NCBI GenBank assembly: GCA_963665095.1
Contig: OY762069.1
Coordinates: 96,001 to 160,000 of the forward strand
Source of the DNA: an uncultured Desulfobacter sp.
Lineage (GTDB): Bacteria > Desulfobacterota > Desulfobacteria > Desulfobacterales > Desulfobacteraceae
DNA: 64,000 bases
Direction of reading: 5' to 3'
The notes below the pieces were generated by a model. It saw only the letters and a program-made list of their open reading frames with translations, made no database searches and was not told the DNA's origin. The position numbers and the translations under genes were made by a program. Position 1 is the first letter of the stretch; each line of letters starts with the position of its first letter. This document shows positions 29,508-39,793 of the stretch, in pieces.

Positions 29508-30504
29508 GAATTACAGGCTGATATACGCATTGCTGGCGGTCAGCCTTCTGGCATTGATGTTTCTGTCGCTTTTCATGGGCAGATATTTGATTCCGCCCGG
29601 CACAGTGGTTTCGGTTTTGCTGGGAAAACTGTCCGGGATGACTGCGGGCAGCGGGACCGAGCTTACAGTGGTCTGGGATATCCGGCTGCCCAGGGTGCTG
29701 CTCTGTGTGATGGTGGGGGCAGGATTATCCGTTTCCGGCGCAGCATTCCAGGGCATATTCCAGAATCCCCTTGTCAGCCCCGATATCCTGGGCGTCAGCT
29801 CCGGTGCCGGGTTCGGCGCAGCTCTGGGGATATTGCTCACTTCCGGCGGCACAGGGATCACCATTGTTTCTGCTTTTGGCTTCGGGCTTTTGAGCGTCAT
29901 GATCGCCTACGCGATCTCAAAAATAAAAGAGGTGCCTTCTCCGGTTTCTCTGGTTCTTTCCGGCATGATTGTCGCCTTTTTCTTTAACGCGCTCATATCG
30001 CTGATAAAACTTCTCGCAGACACTGATTCCGAGCTTCCGGCCATTACCTACTGGCTGATGGGGAGTTTTGCCAACACCACCTTCCAGGAACTGGCCTTTG
30101 TCTCTCCCCTTATCGCCGGAGGGACCCTGGTGCTGCTTCTTCTGCGGTGGAGAATAAACATTTTGTCCATGGGAGACGAAGAGTCCCATTCCCTGGGCAT
30201 TAACCCCAAGCGTTTACGGCTTTCCATAATCACCCTGGCAACGGTTATCACCGCGGCAAGCGTCATGGTTTCCGGTATTGTCGGCTGGGTCGGCCTGATC
30301 ATTCCCAATATCTGCCGGATGTTTGTGGGTGCGGATCATAAGCATCTTCTTCCGGCTTCGTTTTTTATGGGCGGTATTTTCATCCTTCTCATCGATCTTC
30401 TGGCCAGGGGATTGACCGTTGCTGAAATTCCCATCGGCATTCTGACGGCCATCGCAGGGGTGCCGCTGTTTATCTATGTCTATAAATGTTCCGGAGGCAG
30501 ATGA
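29494..30504 (+). CDS. FecCD family ABC permease
   Basis: IRLPR, FQNPLVSPDILGVSSGA, GIVGWVGLIIP. Confidence 0.93.
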   Translation: MKEDRNYRLIYALLAVSLLALMFLSLFMGRYLIPPGTVVSVLLGKLSGMTAGSGTELTVVWDIRLPRVLLCVMVGAGLSVSGAAFQGIFQNPLVSPDILGVSSGAGFGAALGILLTSGGTGITIVSAFGFGLLSVMIAYAISKIKEVPSPVSLVLSGMIVAFFFNALISLIKLLADTDSELPAITYWLMGSFANTTFQELAFVSPLIAGGTLVLLLLRWRINILSMGDEESHSLGINPKRLRLSIITLATVITAASVMVSGIVGWVGLIIPNICRMFVGADHKHLLPASFFMGGIFILLIDLLARGLTVAEIPIGILTAIAGVPLFIYVYKCSGGR

Positions 30505-31292
30505 TGGAAGTTGAAGTCCGAAACGGCCATTTCAGATATTCCCCTGAAGAGGAAATTCTCACGGATATTTCTTTTGGCCTGCCGCCCGGGCAGATTCTGA
30601 CCATTCTCGGTCAGAACGGCATCGGCAAAACCACGCTGCTGAAATGCCTTCTTGGCATCCTGCCGTGGGAAAGGGGGCAAACCCTGATCGACGGGGAGAA
30701 GATGAACTACAAACGGCACATGGGGCGCATCGGTTACGTTCCCCAGGCATATAAGTTTGTTTTTCCCTACACCGTCGAAGAAACGGTGATGATGGGGCTG
30801 GCCGGAAGGATCGGGGTGTTTTCCAGCCCGTCCTTAAGGGACAGGAAACAGGTCGAGGATGTCCTGGCTGAAATGGGGGTGGCGCATCTGAAAAAAAGAC
30901 CCTGCTCCCAGTTGAGCGGGGGGCAGCTTCAGCTTGTTTTCATGGCACGGGGCCTTGTGAAAAATCCTGAACTGATGATTCTGGATGAACCTGAATCCCA
31001 TCTGGACTACAAAAATCAAATTTTCATTTTAAAGACGCTTCAAAAATTGACAAGGGAGCGCCACATCTCCTGCATCATTAATACCCATTATCCCGACCAT
31101 GCGCTGAGGATCTCCGATATGACGCTCATGCTGAGGCGGAATGCGGCAGATCAAAGAAATTATATATACGGCCGGACCCGTGACATGATCACGGAAAAAA
31201 ATATCCGGTCTTTTTTTGAAGTGGAGTCGAAAATCATCCCGGTTGAACAGCCGGGTCATAAAAAATTCAAGGCCATTGTCGTTATGGAGTAA
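30501..31292 (+). CDS. ABC transporter ATP-binding protein
   Basis: GQNGIGKT, LSGGQ, ILDEP. Confidence 0.93.
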   Translation: MMEVEVRNGHFRYSPEEEILTDISFGLPPGQILTILGQNGIGKTTLLKCLLGILPWERGQTLIDGEKMNYKRHMGRIGYVPQAYKFVFPYTVEETVMMGLAGRIGVFSSPSLRDRKQVEDVLAEMGVAHLKKRPCSQLSGGQLQLVFMARGLVKNPELMILDEPESHLDYKNQIFILKTLQKLTRERHISCIINTHYPDHALRISDMTLMLRRNAADQRNYIYGRTRDMITEKNIRSFFEVESKIIPVEQPGHKKFKAIVVME

Positions 31293-31331
31293 CAACCAAT
31301 AAAAATTCACATCGGAGGACAAACAGAAACA

Positions 31332-33389
31332 ATGACGCTATCACTGAAAACATGTTGGACAGGGCTGATCACTGCAATGGTTTTGGCGGGGACCTGCCTG
31401 GCCTTTGGGCAAGAGGGTGACCCCGATTCGTATACACTCGAATCCATCACCGTGACCGCAGACAAGCGGGCTGAAAACATACAGAAGGTACCGGCGGCGA
31501 TCACAGCGTTTACCGCAACCGAGCTTGAAGACGCCGGCGCAAAAACGATTTCAGATGTCATCGAAATGGTGCCGGGCCTGAGCCTGGACCATTGGACGTC
31601 ATCCTGGCAAAGCGTTAATTACAGGGGGATCGGCATGAGTGTCTTCACAGGGAAAAATCCTGTTGTTATCTATGTGGACGGCATTCCTCTGGACGACCGG
31701 ACAGATTACAATTCAGACCTGTTGAATGTCGAACGGGTGGAATTCCTTCGCGGCCCCCAGGGAACGCTGTACGGAAAAAATGCTATCGGCGGGGTCATCA
31801 ATATCATTTCTAAAAAACCGGACAATGCCGTTTCAGGCAAGATAAGCGGGGAAATAGGGGAGAACGCCACCTATGGTGTGAAAGGCGTTGTCAACAGCCC
31901 CCTGATCAAGGACAAGTTGTTTATGACGCTTTCGGCCGGGCATAACGAATCCGATGGCTACATGACCAATGACGATCCAGGTGAAAACACCTACGACTAT
32001 ATAGAGGAAAAACATGCCAAGGCACAGCTTCGCTGGCTTCCGGCCGACGGCCTGGAGATCAATTTCCAGGGCGGTGTTGATCAGAGCCGCAACGGCGTCG
32101 GCCCCATGGTTTCCTCGATGGATGAGGTGGTCTATCACGAGTACAGGAACCCCGATAACAAGAACGACGCCGATGCCTTTGATTCCGCGTTGAACATCAA
32201 CTATTCTCTTGGGTTTGGCGAGTTCATATCCACAACGACCTACAGGAAAAAGAAATCTGATTTCAAAGAGTATTTAACGGACTTGAGTTCGGGACGGGTT
32301 GCCGATCTGGAAAACCGGACCTTTACCCAGGAATTCCGACTGCAGTCTCCTGACAAGGCTTCCGGTCTGAAATGGACGCTCGGCTTGTATTATGCCGACG
32401 AAAACGTCATGGCTAATGAATTCGGACGGACCATCAACATGAACAGCGTGCTGGGCTACTCATTAAGAAGGGACTGGCCCTACGATCAGGACGAAACCAC
32501 CATGGCCGCTTTTGGACAGGCCACCATCCCCCTCTTTGCCAATGTCAACTTTCTGGCGGGCCTGCGATATGAAAAAGATAAAAAAGCCTTGAACTATACG
32601 GGGGTGACGACCCGAATGGACACGAACCAGCGGGTGTCGCAGGCAGAATGGTACGATGAAGATGACTGGGATGCCCTGCTGCCCAAAGGCGTTCTCTCCT
32701 GGAACGTCACCCCGGATGCCATGCTTTATGCCAGTGTGGCTAAGGGATATCTTGCCGGCGGATACAATAAAATGACAACCGGTACGGATATAGAGGACGC
32801 CAAGTTTGACGAGGAGACTTCCATTAACTATGAACTTGGCGCCAAGACAACCAGGCTGGACAACAGGCTTTCCCTGAATGCCTGCCTTTTTTATGTCGAC
32901 ATTGAGGATATGCATGTTTACAGCCAGCCGATGCCCGGCGTCATGATCGCGTCCAATGCGGCAAAGGCCCATAGCCAAGGAATTGAACTGGAAGCCAGGG
33001 CAAGGCCCTTTGAGGGGATGGACATTAACGCGTCATTTGCCTGGACCCAAGCGGAGTTTGACGAGTATGGCGCCTTTACCGGAAAGACCCCGACCAGTAC
33101 GCCTGATTATTCCTTTTCCATGAGCGCCCAATACCGCCATTCCACAGGGGTGTATATCCGCTGTGAGATGCGGGGCTTCGGCAAAATCTACTATGACGAG
33201 GCCAATACAATTGAAAGGGATCACCTGGAATTGTTCAACGCCAAAGTGGGGTATGAACGGGACAGCTTTGATTTTTATGTATACGTAAACAACTTGACGG
33301 ATGAAAAATATTTTTCAGGCATGTCACCCCAATGCATCATGGTTGGGGCACCGCGCACAATGGGGGTGATGACGTCCATACGTTTCTGA
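31332..33389 (+). CDS. TonB-dependent receptor
   Basis: ITVTADKR, VERVEFLRGPQGTLYGKN, C-terminal RF. Confidence 0.95.
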   Translation: MTLSLKTCWTGLITAMVLAGTCLAFGQEGDPDSYTLESITVTADKRAENIQKVPAAITAFTATELEDAGAKTISDVIEMVPGLSLDHWTSSWQSVNYRGIGMSVFTGKNPVVIYVDGIPLDDRTDYNSDLLNVERVEFLRGPQGTLYGKNAIGGVINIISKKPDNAVSGKISGEIGENATYGVKGVVNSPLIKDKLFMTLSAGHNESDGYMTNDDPGENTYDYIEEKHAKAQLRWLPADGLEINFQGGVDQSRNGVGPMVSSMDEVVYHEYRNPDNKNDADAFDSALNINYSLGFGEFISTTTYRKKKSDFKEYLTDLSSGRVADLENRTFTQEFRLQSPDKASGLKWTLGLYYADENVMANEFGRTINMNSVLGYSLRRDWPYDQDETTMAAFGQATIPLFANVNFLAGLRYEKDKKALNYTGVTTRMDTNQRVSQAEWYDEDDWDALLPKGVLSWNVTPDAMLYASVAKGYLAGGYNKMTTGTDIEDAKFDEETSINYELGAKTTRLDNRLSLNACLFYVDIEDMHVYSQPMPGVMIASNAAKAHSQGIELEARARPFEGMDINASFAWTQAEFDEYGAFTGKTPTSTPDYSFSMSAQYRHSTGVYIRCEMRGFGKIYYDEANTIERDHLELFNAKVGYERDSFDFYVYVNNLTDEKYFSGMSPQCIMVGAPRTMGVMTSIRF

Positions 33390-33689
33390 CCCCTGATGCT
33401 TTTGTTTTGACGCTGCCCAATGGGTGACCGCAAGGCCCTAAAGGCAGCCCCAAAACCATTTCCGGCAAAATTCACCGGCCAGGCCAGGGATACATCCAAT
33501 GCCCAGGCTACAAGAGGAGACGCCCCCTCCCGAAGGAAGTTATTATGACGGGTTTTAAGACGATGTTTATCCTGCCTGGCCCATCTCGCGGTTTTCGATG
33601 TACTCATCATAGGACATGAGTCGGTCGACGATTCCGCCGGACGTTGAGCGTATTGGAAGGTACAACGTGGGTGAGTCGCACATGAAAAC

Positions 33690-33795
33690 TTGGTGCGAGT
33701 GGATTGTTGAATACGATAGGATTGTCCAAAATTTGATGGGCAGCTCGCATCATCGCAACTCTATTGGCCGTAAGACTGGGGTTGTTCAGTTTCAT
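33690..33795 (-). pseudogene. N-terminal fragment of an LCM-family SAM methyltransferase
   Basis: PSLTANRVAMMRAAHQILDNPIVFNNPLA, followed by unrelated sequence. Confidence 0.65.
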
Positions 33796-34658
33796 ACATC
33801 CTCCAAGGATTTGGGTTGTATACCAAACTTGTTGTCTGATTTCCCCGTTATTGACTCACTGAAGTCTGTGATAAAATGACCAAATTCAATGCCATAAATT
33901 TTCTTAAAAATTTTATCATGGTCACTGATAGTTGTGAGTTCTTTCATATATGATAAAAATTTTTCCTTTCCAAATTTTTCAATTAGATAATCAACTATGC
34001 ACGCAAACTCGGAATACATGAATGTAATTCTGTACTGAACATCAAGCTTGATCCGGTCCTCGTTCTTAGTCTTGAAATATTCAGGAGGCATAAAATTGCC
34101 TTTTTGAATATAATCATAGGTTTCCTTTTTTGAAGGATACCATGATGTTCCCATTTGATTGGCACTATAAACAGCGATCCCCTCAAGCAACCATTCCGGG
34201 TAATTATAAGCTCTTGAAATACCGGAATGCTGATGAAGCAAACAATGGGATAACTCATGTGTAAGATAAATTTCTAATGAAATTTCGCCATTTTCAGCTT
34301 CTTTTAATGCCCATGGAGAAATAATTAAATCTCCATTATAAAAAGCACAAAACCGCGCTTTTGATATTGAACGTTTATAGTAACTGTTTTTGTCCTTAAA
34401 AATGAATATTCTTGGTTTCTTTAAAAACTTCCATTCATGAAACTTTTCAACGTTAGGGATTAAAGAATCAATTATTTTTAAATCAGGGTATTCTGCACCT
34501 TTTTGAACATAAACAATTGTGTTTGTTAATTCCTTTTTAGAAAACCCGATTATGAGAGGGGAATAAGGGAATAGCTTACCAAATAGAAAACTATAGACAA
34601 CTAGTCCCAAGATAAGAATGAAGCCAATTGCGATTGAATATTTCAGTTTATTCTTCAT
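33792..34658 (-). CDS. Peptidase MA-like metalloprotein (cassette gene)
   Basis: HELSH...WLLEGIA; N-terminal TM segment; AT-rich. Confidence 0.75.
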   Translation of the reverse strand: MKNKLKYSIAIGFILILGLVVYSFLFGKLFPYSPLIIGFSKKELTNTIVYVQKGAEYPDLKIIDSLIPNVEKFHEWKFLKKPRIFIFKDKNSYYKRSISKARFCAFYNGDLIISPWALKEAENGEISLEIYLTHELSHCLLHQHSGISRAYNYPEWLLEGIAVYSANQMGTSWYPSKKETYDYIQKGNFMPPEYFKTKNEDRIKLDVQYRITFMYSEFACIVDYLIEKFGKEKFLSYMKELTTISDHDKIFKKIYGIEFGHFITDFSESITGKSDNKFGIQPKSLEDV

Positions 34659-34684
34659 TTCAAAAACATCAGTTTTTTATTCTG

Positions 34685-34733
34685 GTATAACGCAAAAATA
34701 ACCGGCATCATCCGGTTCATTTTTTTGTTGAGT
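34685..34733 (-). other. attC-like site (49 bp)
   Basis: ACTCAAC-AAAAA-AATGAACC-GGATGATGCC-GGTTATT-TTTGC-GTTATAC. Confidence 0.8.
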
Positions 34734-34759
34734 TCCAATGTTGTATCACTCAGGAATAG

Positions 34760-35671
34760 TTATCCAAACAGTACATTTTCCAATTTGTGAGTTGCTTTGA
34801 GCCGTTTGCGCGGTGCCATCCTTTCCAAATTCAGCAGCTTCCACTGGATGGCAGGCAACATCTGCACATCGGGCAGTGGAAATTTTTCCCAATCCGCATT
34901 TCCCTGCTTGAGATCAAGCAAAAAGCGCCTGTCATCGTTATTCAGGGCTTTATGGATTTGAATAACCAGTTTTGGCAAGGTATTCTGCAACCGCTCAAGA
35001 TTTACTGGTTCATATGCCATACCCTCAAACTCTGTTCTGTACAACGGAGAAATATCCTGAGATTTGGGTGCCAAAAGTTCAGCCATAGGCCGGTTATGGC
35101 CCATGAGATAGACCATGAACGCGTTTTTTAAAGTCTGGGTAATCCCCTCATGCTGGAGAAGCCAGTAGGTATCATATAGGTCTCTGGGGTGCTGCCGATC
35201 TAAAGTTGCGCAGATTTTTCCGGCAAAAAGATCTTCAAAACTCATCAAAGTCATGCTGGCAAATCCAAAGGTATTCTCTGCATTTTCTGATATTCTGCAC
35301 GTCTGGGACGGGTAGACGCTGCCCCGCAGAACCGGTGTTACTTCAATTTTGACATGAGTTCCACCTTGTTGCACCAGCAGTTTATACCGCTTATCTGTAC
35401 CTTTCAATTTCACTGCCTTTACCTGAGCCCGTGGAATTCGTTTTTGAATATCCTCAATGATATTTCCTAGTGCTGTATCAATTCCCTCAAGGCTTTGGTC
35501 ACGCCCTTCTACCGGCAGATAGGCCAGATCAATATCCACAGATAAACGTGGCATATCTCTTACGAACAAATTTATGGCTGTGCCGCCTTTTAATGCGAAA
35601 CAGGTCTGCTTTTCCACAAAGGGTAAAAGATTCACGAGCAGGCGCACTTGATCAGAATAGGGAGTTTTCAT
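34760..35671 (-). CDS. abiEii: AbiEii nucleotidyltransferase toxin (type IV TA)
   Basis: LKGGTAINLF...RLSVDIDL, GKICATLDRQHPRDLYD. Confidence 0.92.
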   Translation of the reverse strand: MKTPYSDQVRLLVNLLPFVEKQTCFALKGGTAINLFVRDMPRLSVDIDLAYLPVEGRDQSLEGIDTALGNIIEDIQKRIPRAQVKAVKLKGTDKRYKLLVQQGGTHVKIEVTPVLRGSVYPSQTCRISENAENTFGFASMTLMSFEDLFAGKICATLDRQHPRDLYDTYWLLQHEGITQTLKNAFMVYLMGHNRPMAELLAPKSQDISPLYRTEFEGMAYEPVNLERLQNTLPKLVIQIHKALNNDDRRFLLDLKQGNADWEKFPLPDVQMLPAIQWKLLNLERMAPRKRLKATHKLENVLFG

Positions 35672-36434
35672 TTTCTTTGACCATTTGTCTCGGAATCGTT
35701 ATCTGATAGGCAGCATCAAACACACCGCCCTTGACCAGCATGCGCTTGCCTCGGCCCAAATCAATACCTTTGGTTTCCAGCTCTTTGTGCCAGGAATGAT
35801 CATGGCGATCACTAAACCATAAAAACAGCCGTTTTGCTTTCACCTGTTTGCAGCGTGTCAACAACTCGCCAAGCAGTTTCGGCCTTAAATTAACGGCGCC
35901 TTCAAAAAACGTATCAGCTACTGAAAAATCAGCCGTTTCCCGTACATCTGCTAATAATTCTAGCAGGGCAAGTTCCGGGGTACTAAAGGGAATCGACCAA
36001 TCCCAGGGCCCATAGGGCCGGGTGGTTAAGCCAGGTTTGGGAAGTTCTTCAAACAGTCGTTTGATATGGATTTCAAATCTGAAAGAATCTGAGAAAATGT
36101 GGGTCCAATCCGGTATTTTCCCAGTGCTGTACAGGCCAATCCGTTGCGTATCACCCAACGGCAGATAGTGGGCCAAACCCTGCAATTCAAGGGCACTGCG
36201 GCCGCCTACGTGTACTGCATATCCCATTTCATTCAGGGAAAAGACCACATGCTCCCACTTAAGTGGGGGGCCTGGACGTCTATATATGCCATGACTTAAG
36301 GCCACGAGCTTACCAGCCCGTAAGGCGTAGTCCACCCTGGGCCTGTTAAACCCTCGTTCCTTTAACCAGGTACGATTCACTAATTGCCCATCCGGGAGGT
36401 GTTGCTCAAGTCTTTTTATATTTTTAGGTGGCAT
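35652..36434 (-). CDS. abiEi: AbiEi antitoxin
   Basis: GIYRR, HVGGRSALEL, STPELALLE, VKAKRLFL, IDLGRGKR; overlaps the toxin gene. Confidence 0.9.
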   Translation of the reverse strand: MPPKNIKRLEQHLPDGQLVNRTWLKERGFNRPRVDYALRAGKLVALSHGIYRRPGPPLKWEHVVFSLNEMGYAVHVGGRSALELQGLAHYLPLGDTQRIGLYSTGKIPDWTHIFSDSFRFEIHIKRLFEELPKPGLTTRPYGPWDWSIPFSTPELALLELLADVRETADFSVADTFFEGAVNLRPKLLGELLTRCKQVKAKRLFLWFSDRHDHSWHKELETKGIDLGRGKRMLVKGGVFDAAYQITIPRQMVKENENSLF

Positions 36435-36630
36435 GGTTTATAAATTCTCTTAAATGCATATTGTATACATGCATTTAAAGAAAATTTCAAACCGCTTGTT
36501 TGAAATTTATATGAATTGCATAAATATGTAACGCAATTCATTTCTTTTATAAACTATGAATTGATTTCAATCGCGGTCCTGACCTGCATCAAGTTTAGTG
36601 TCACTATCATTTTATCTCATATCGTCATAT

Positions 36631-37176
36631 CGGGTCGGACCAAGCTATATCCTTTATTCATAGGCATCTTGCTGCCAAATCACGGTGTTATTAGGGGCTA
36701 TATTGCTGTTTTTGCCCCTTTTCGATAATTTTACGACCTTTTGCCCTCAAACCCAATTGAGACAGAATATCATTTATGAAATTGTTACTACCAACTGCCA
36801 GGCTTTCGGTTCATCTTTCCTTTCTCTTGATAATATCAGCTTTTAATGCACTATCAATCCAATTCTTGTGAGCTGTTTGAAAAGCATTAAAAGTATCAAA
36901 TATAATCAAGGACGACAAGGTGATATCTTTTCTTGGATTGATAAAGCCACTGCATCCATCGGTGTCGATCCTTAGCGAATTTGAATAGAAATTCCCTTTT
37001 ATGACAACAATGGGTTAAGTGCCAGATGTGTCCTGGAATATAATGTCTATTCGCTCTTGCCATTTTTATTCCTATATTGCTCTTTTTGGCCCCCAAAAAT
37101 CAATTATAGACCCGTTTTAGAGGGTATTTATTAAGTTATTTCCTTAATTGACAGCCTTTTTGCTCGGTCCGACCCG
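36631..37176 (-). mobile_element. Internally deleted RAYT (Y1 HUH transposase) remnant with inverted ends
   Basis: MARANRHYIPGHIWHLTH from 37063; TESLAVGS C-terminal piece; ends CGGGTCGGACCAAGC and GCTCGGTCCGACCCG (14/15 complementary). Confidence 0.7.
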
Positions 37177-37273
37177 CTTCCGCTAGTTTAAATTTTCATT
37201 AACCAGACATCTTCGAAAAAGCCGCGCAGTAAGCCCGGTCGGGTTCATTGGTTTGTTTGCTCATTGCTTATTG

Positions 37274-37756
37274 TTAACCAACTGGAATTCCGGTATTTTT
37301 ATCATAGAGCAAAATCATATTGACTATTTCATTTTCTCGATTCCATTGATGATAAAACCAATTATTACCTGATGACTCTATCAGCTCTCGTAGCTGATTT
37401 TGAATATTCAACTCCCCATCGTATCGTTCAAACAATGTTGGGAAATTATCCTGATTAGGATTTCTTGTGTGAATATAGATTGCATCTTGACTTGAATCAT
37501 CAATATCTATGATACAAAAAGTTTGAAAATCTTCTTTTCTATCTGATAATTTTCTTTTCAGAAACTCAAAGCGCCTCAATAGGGCTTTTAAGTGTGGCTC
37601 CCTTGCTTTCCATGATTTTTTCCCAAGACCATACCAATCTGGATGATCATGCCAGAAATCAAACCAAGAATTAAATGCAAGCCGGTCAAAATATTTTTCA
37701 AGATCACCATTCAACAGCGTGTTGAAGTATCTTCTTTGTCCTCGGATTTTTCTCAT
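37274..37756 (-). CDS. Hypothetical protein (cassette gene)
   Basis: 160 aa, AT-rich. Starts about 32 bp after an R' box and is followed by R''/L'' boxes at 37242-37261. Confidence 0.75.
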   Translation of the reverse strand: MRKIRGQRRYFNTLLNGDLEKYFDRLAFNSWFDFWHDHPDWYGLGKKSWKAREPHLKALLRRFEFLKRKLSDRKEDFQTFCIIDIDDSSQDAIYIHTRNPNQDNFPTLFERYDGELNIQNQLRELIESSGNNWFYHQWNRENEIVNMILLYDKNTGIPVG

Positions 37757-37788
37757 ATCTTGTATAGTTCATTTCATTGTTTTTGTAC

Positions 37789-37877
37789 GCTAAACGTTGA
37801 GTTAAGCGGAAAAATTATAACCCAAAAACAACGTAAAACCCGGCGGGTACTTTTCCGTCTTCAACTCTTTGTTACAT
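37789..37877 (-). other. attC site (89 bp) of IS91-transposase cassette copy 2
   Basis: Same as 17842..17930 except that R' reads GTTTAGC. Confidence 0.8.
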
Positions 37878-39420
37878 TAACCGGGTCGAAGCCTCGCAGT
37901 TGATTTCTTGGGTAAAAGCAGGGGAATCCTTATTTTCAAACTTAGATTTAACAGCACAGATTCTAAAATTTGCCTGGTAAAATTGAGTGAGCATTAAGAT
38001 TCTTCCTTCTACTTTATCCGGTCAGGCTTGAAAAAGAGCCGAAAAACCTGGTACCGGAGCGGATTGCCGATACGAGTCCCTGACAGGGAACTGCCTATTT
38101 TGATATCGGTAATTGTTTCCAAAGTAAAGCTTTTTATGGTTCCCCTGATTTAGCCGGAATTTGCTTGGCCTTGGTTTTTGGTAAGTCGTCTTTCACCACG
38201 TTGCCATGACCGTCCAGCACCAGGATCGTTATCATGTTCCCTTTGCCGCAGGCCGGGCATTGAGGCGTCTGTTCTTTCAGGGGTTCAGGATCAGGGGTAT
38301 CCCGGTCATTCAATGCCTGGCGTATTTCCGATATATTTCGTCCTGCCTGCCCGTTGGCCAGAAACCCATAATATCTGATCCGATGAAAGTGTTTTGGAAG
38401 AACATGCAAAAGGAAACGATCAATGAAGCTCATTACCGGTAAAGAAGTTGTTTCCCACTTGGATTTATTCCGGGTGTTTTTAAACCAGAACTCCACAGTC
38501 TCGTTGTTAACGGATATAATCCTGTTGTTGCTGATGGCTGTTGAATGGGTGTATCTACCGATATATTTAACGACTTCGGCTGGACCTGAGAATGGTGGTT
38601 TGGAATATACCACCCAGTCTTTTGGAGCGGTATGGTACAGCCATTGCCTGAATGCGCAGGGTTTTGAAAGATGAGCCAGTTCATCCGGGATGTTTAATCG
38701 TCCTCGACCGTGGGCTGCAATAAGGCCGCTAAGGAACTTTGCCCTGAATACATTTGAAAGCGCTTTGACCGGAAACAGGAATGTTGAGCTGTACTTGGGC
38801 TCCACCCATTCCCCATAAGTGTTTATTCCGCCTGCAGTGACAATGAAATGGATGTGGGGATGCAGCCAGAGTTTGCCGCCCCAGGTGTGGAGGATACCGT
38901 AGAACCCGATCTTGGCTCCAAGACGCTTTGGATTCTCCCCGAATTCCAGCAGGGTCTGGGAGGCGCTTTCAAACAACAGGTCATACATTACCCGCCGGTT
39001 GAACCGGCACAAAGGGTTGAAGATATCCGGCAATGTGAAAACGCAGTGGTGATAGGACACCGGAAGCAGATCGTTGATCCTGGCCGTCACCCATCTGTGA
39101 CGGGCGATATTGTTTCAACCCGGACAATGGCGGTTCCGGCAGGAGTTGTATCCTTTTTCAAGGTGGCCGCATGTGTCGCATAGCTCCCAGTGGGTGCCAA
39201 ATTCTCCGCGTCGGCAGTGCTCGATATCGTACATAACCTTGTGTTGTCTGGGGTGCAGGCGGTGTGCTGATCTGAAGGGAGGACCGTATTTTCTAAATAT
39301 ATCTCCGACGCTTGGACCGGAAAAGTTTGCACCATAGATTATGAAGTCCTTATTTTATAGGCGTTTCGAGCTCTGTAGTTGGCTTCAAGATGTTGCATTC
39401 ACCGTCCAGGTTTAATGTAA
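37795..39420 (-). mobile_element. IS91-transposase cassette, copy 2 (1626 bp; 181-bp deletion)
   Basis: Aligns to copy 1; the deletion lies between CCGG repeats and removes the start codon. Confidence 0.8.
38134..39320 (-). pseudogene. IS91-family transposase, 5'-truncated, with the same in-frame TGA (39115-39117)
   Basis: Protein identical to copy 1 except for the last residue and the missing N-terminus. Confidence 0.8.
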
Positions 39421-39462
39421 TGTGAAAATCACCGGTTTATCCGGTTCATTTTTTTGTTGGAA
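39415..39462 (-). other. attC-like site (48 bp; GTT core reads ATT)
   Basis: TTCCAAC-AAAAA-AATGAACC-GGATAAACC-GGTGATT-TTCAC-ATTACAT. Confidence 0.75.
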
Positions 39463-39793
39463 TTAAGCATCGTGCTCCCGGAATTTGCTGGCGAAAAGCA
39501 ATGTCCTGTCAATTACATATATTGTCCCCGGAACTCATAGCCCCCGGAACTCAAAATTTTTAAACCGTTGGTGCTGCCAAAAGACGATACTCAAGGTTCG
39601 CGCCTCCTTTACTAATCATCTTCTAACAATAGATCTTCATTTTGGTATTATATTATTCCTATAGATGCCCATAACTATAACCGCCATGGGATGATCTGGC
39701 CTTGCCAACATCCGGAATCACCCCTGATAAAATATAAAAGCAACTGAATAGCTTATTGAAATTTATATATAAAACCTGCCAAAGGAGAAACCA

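Noticed and set aside
33560..33682. GTGCG on the minus strand suggesting a second group II intron start
   Set aside because: No domain V or RT follows; the sequence translates to an ABC-F-like tail fragment (GGIVDRLMSYDEYIEN).
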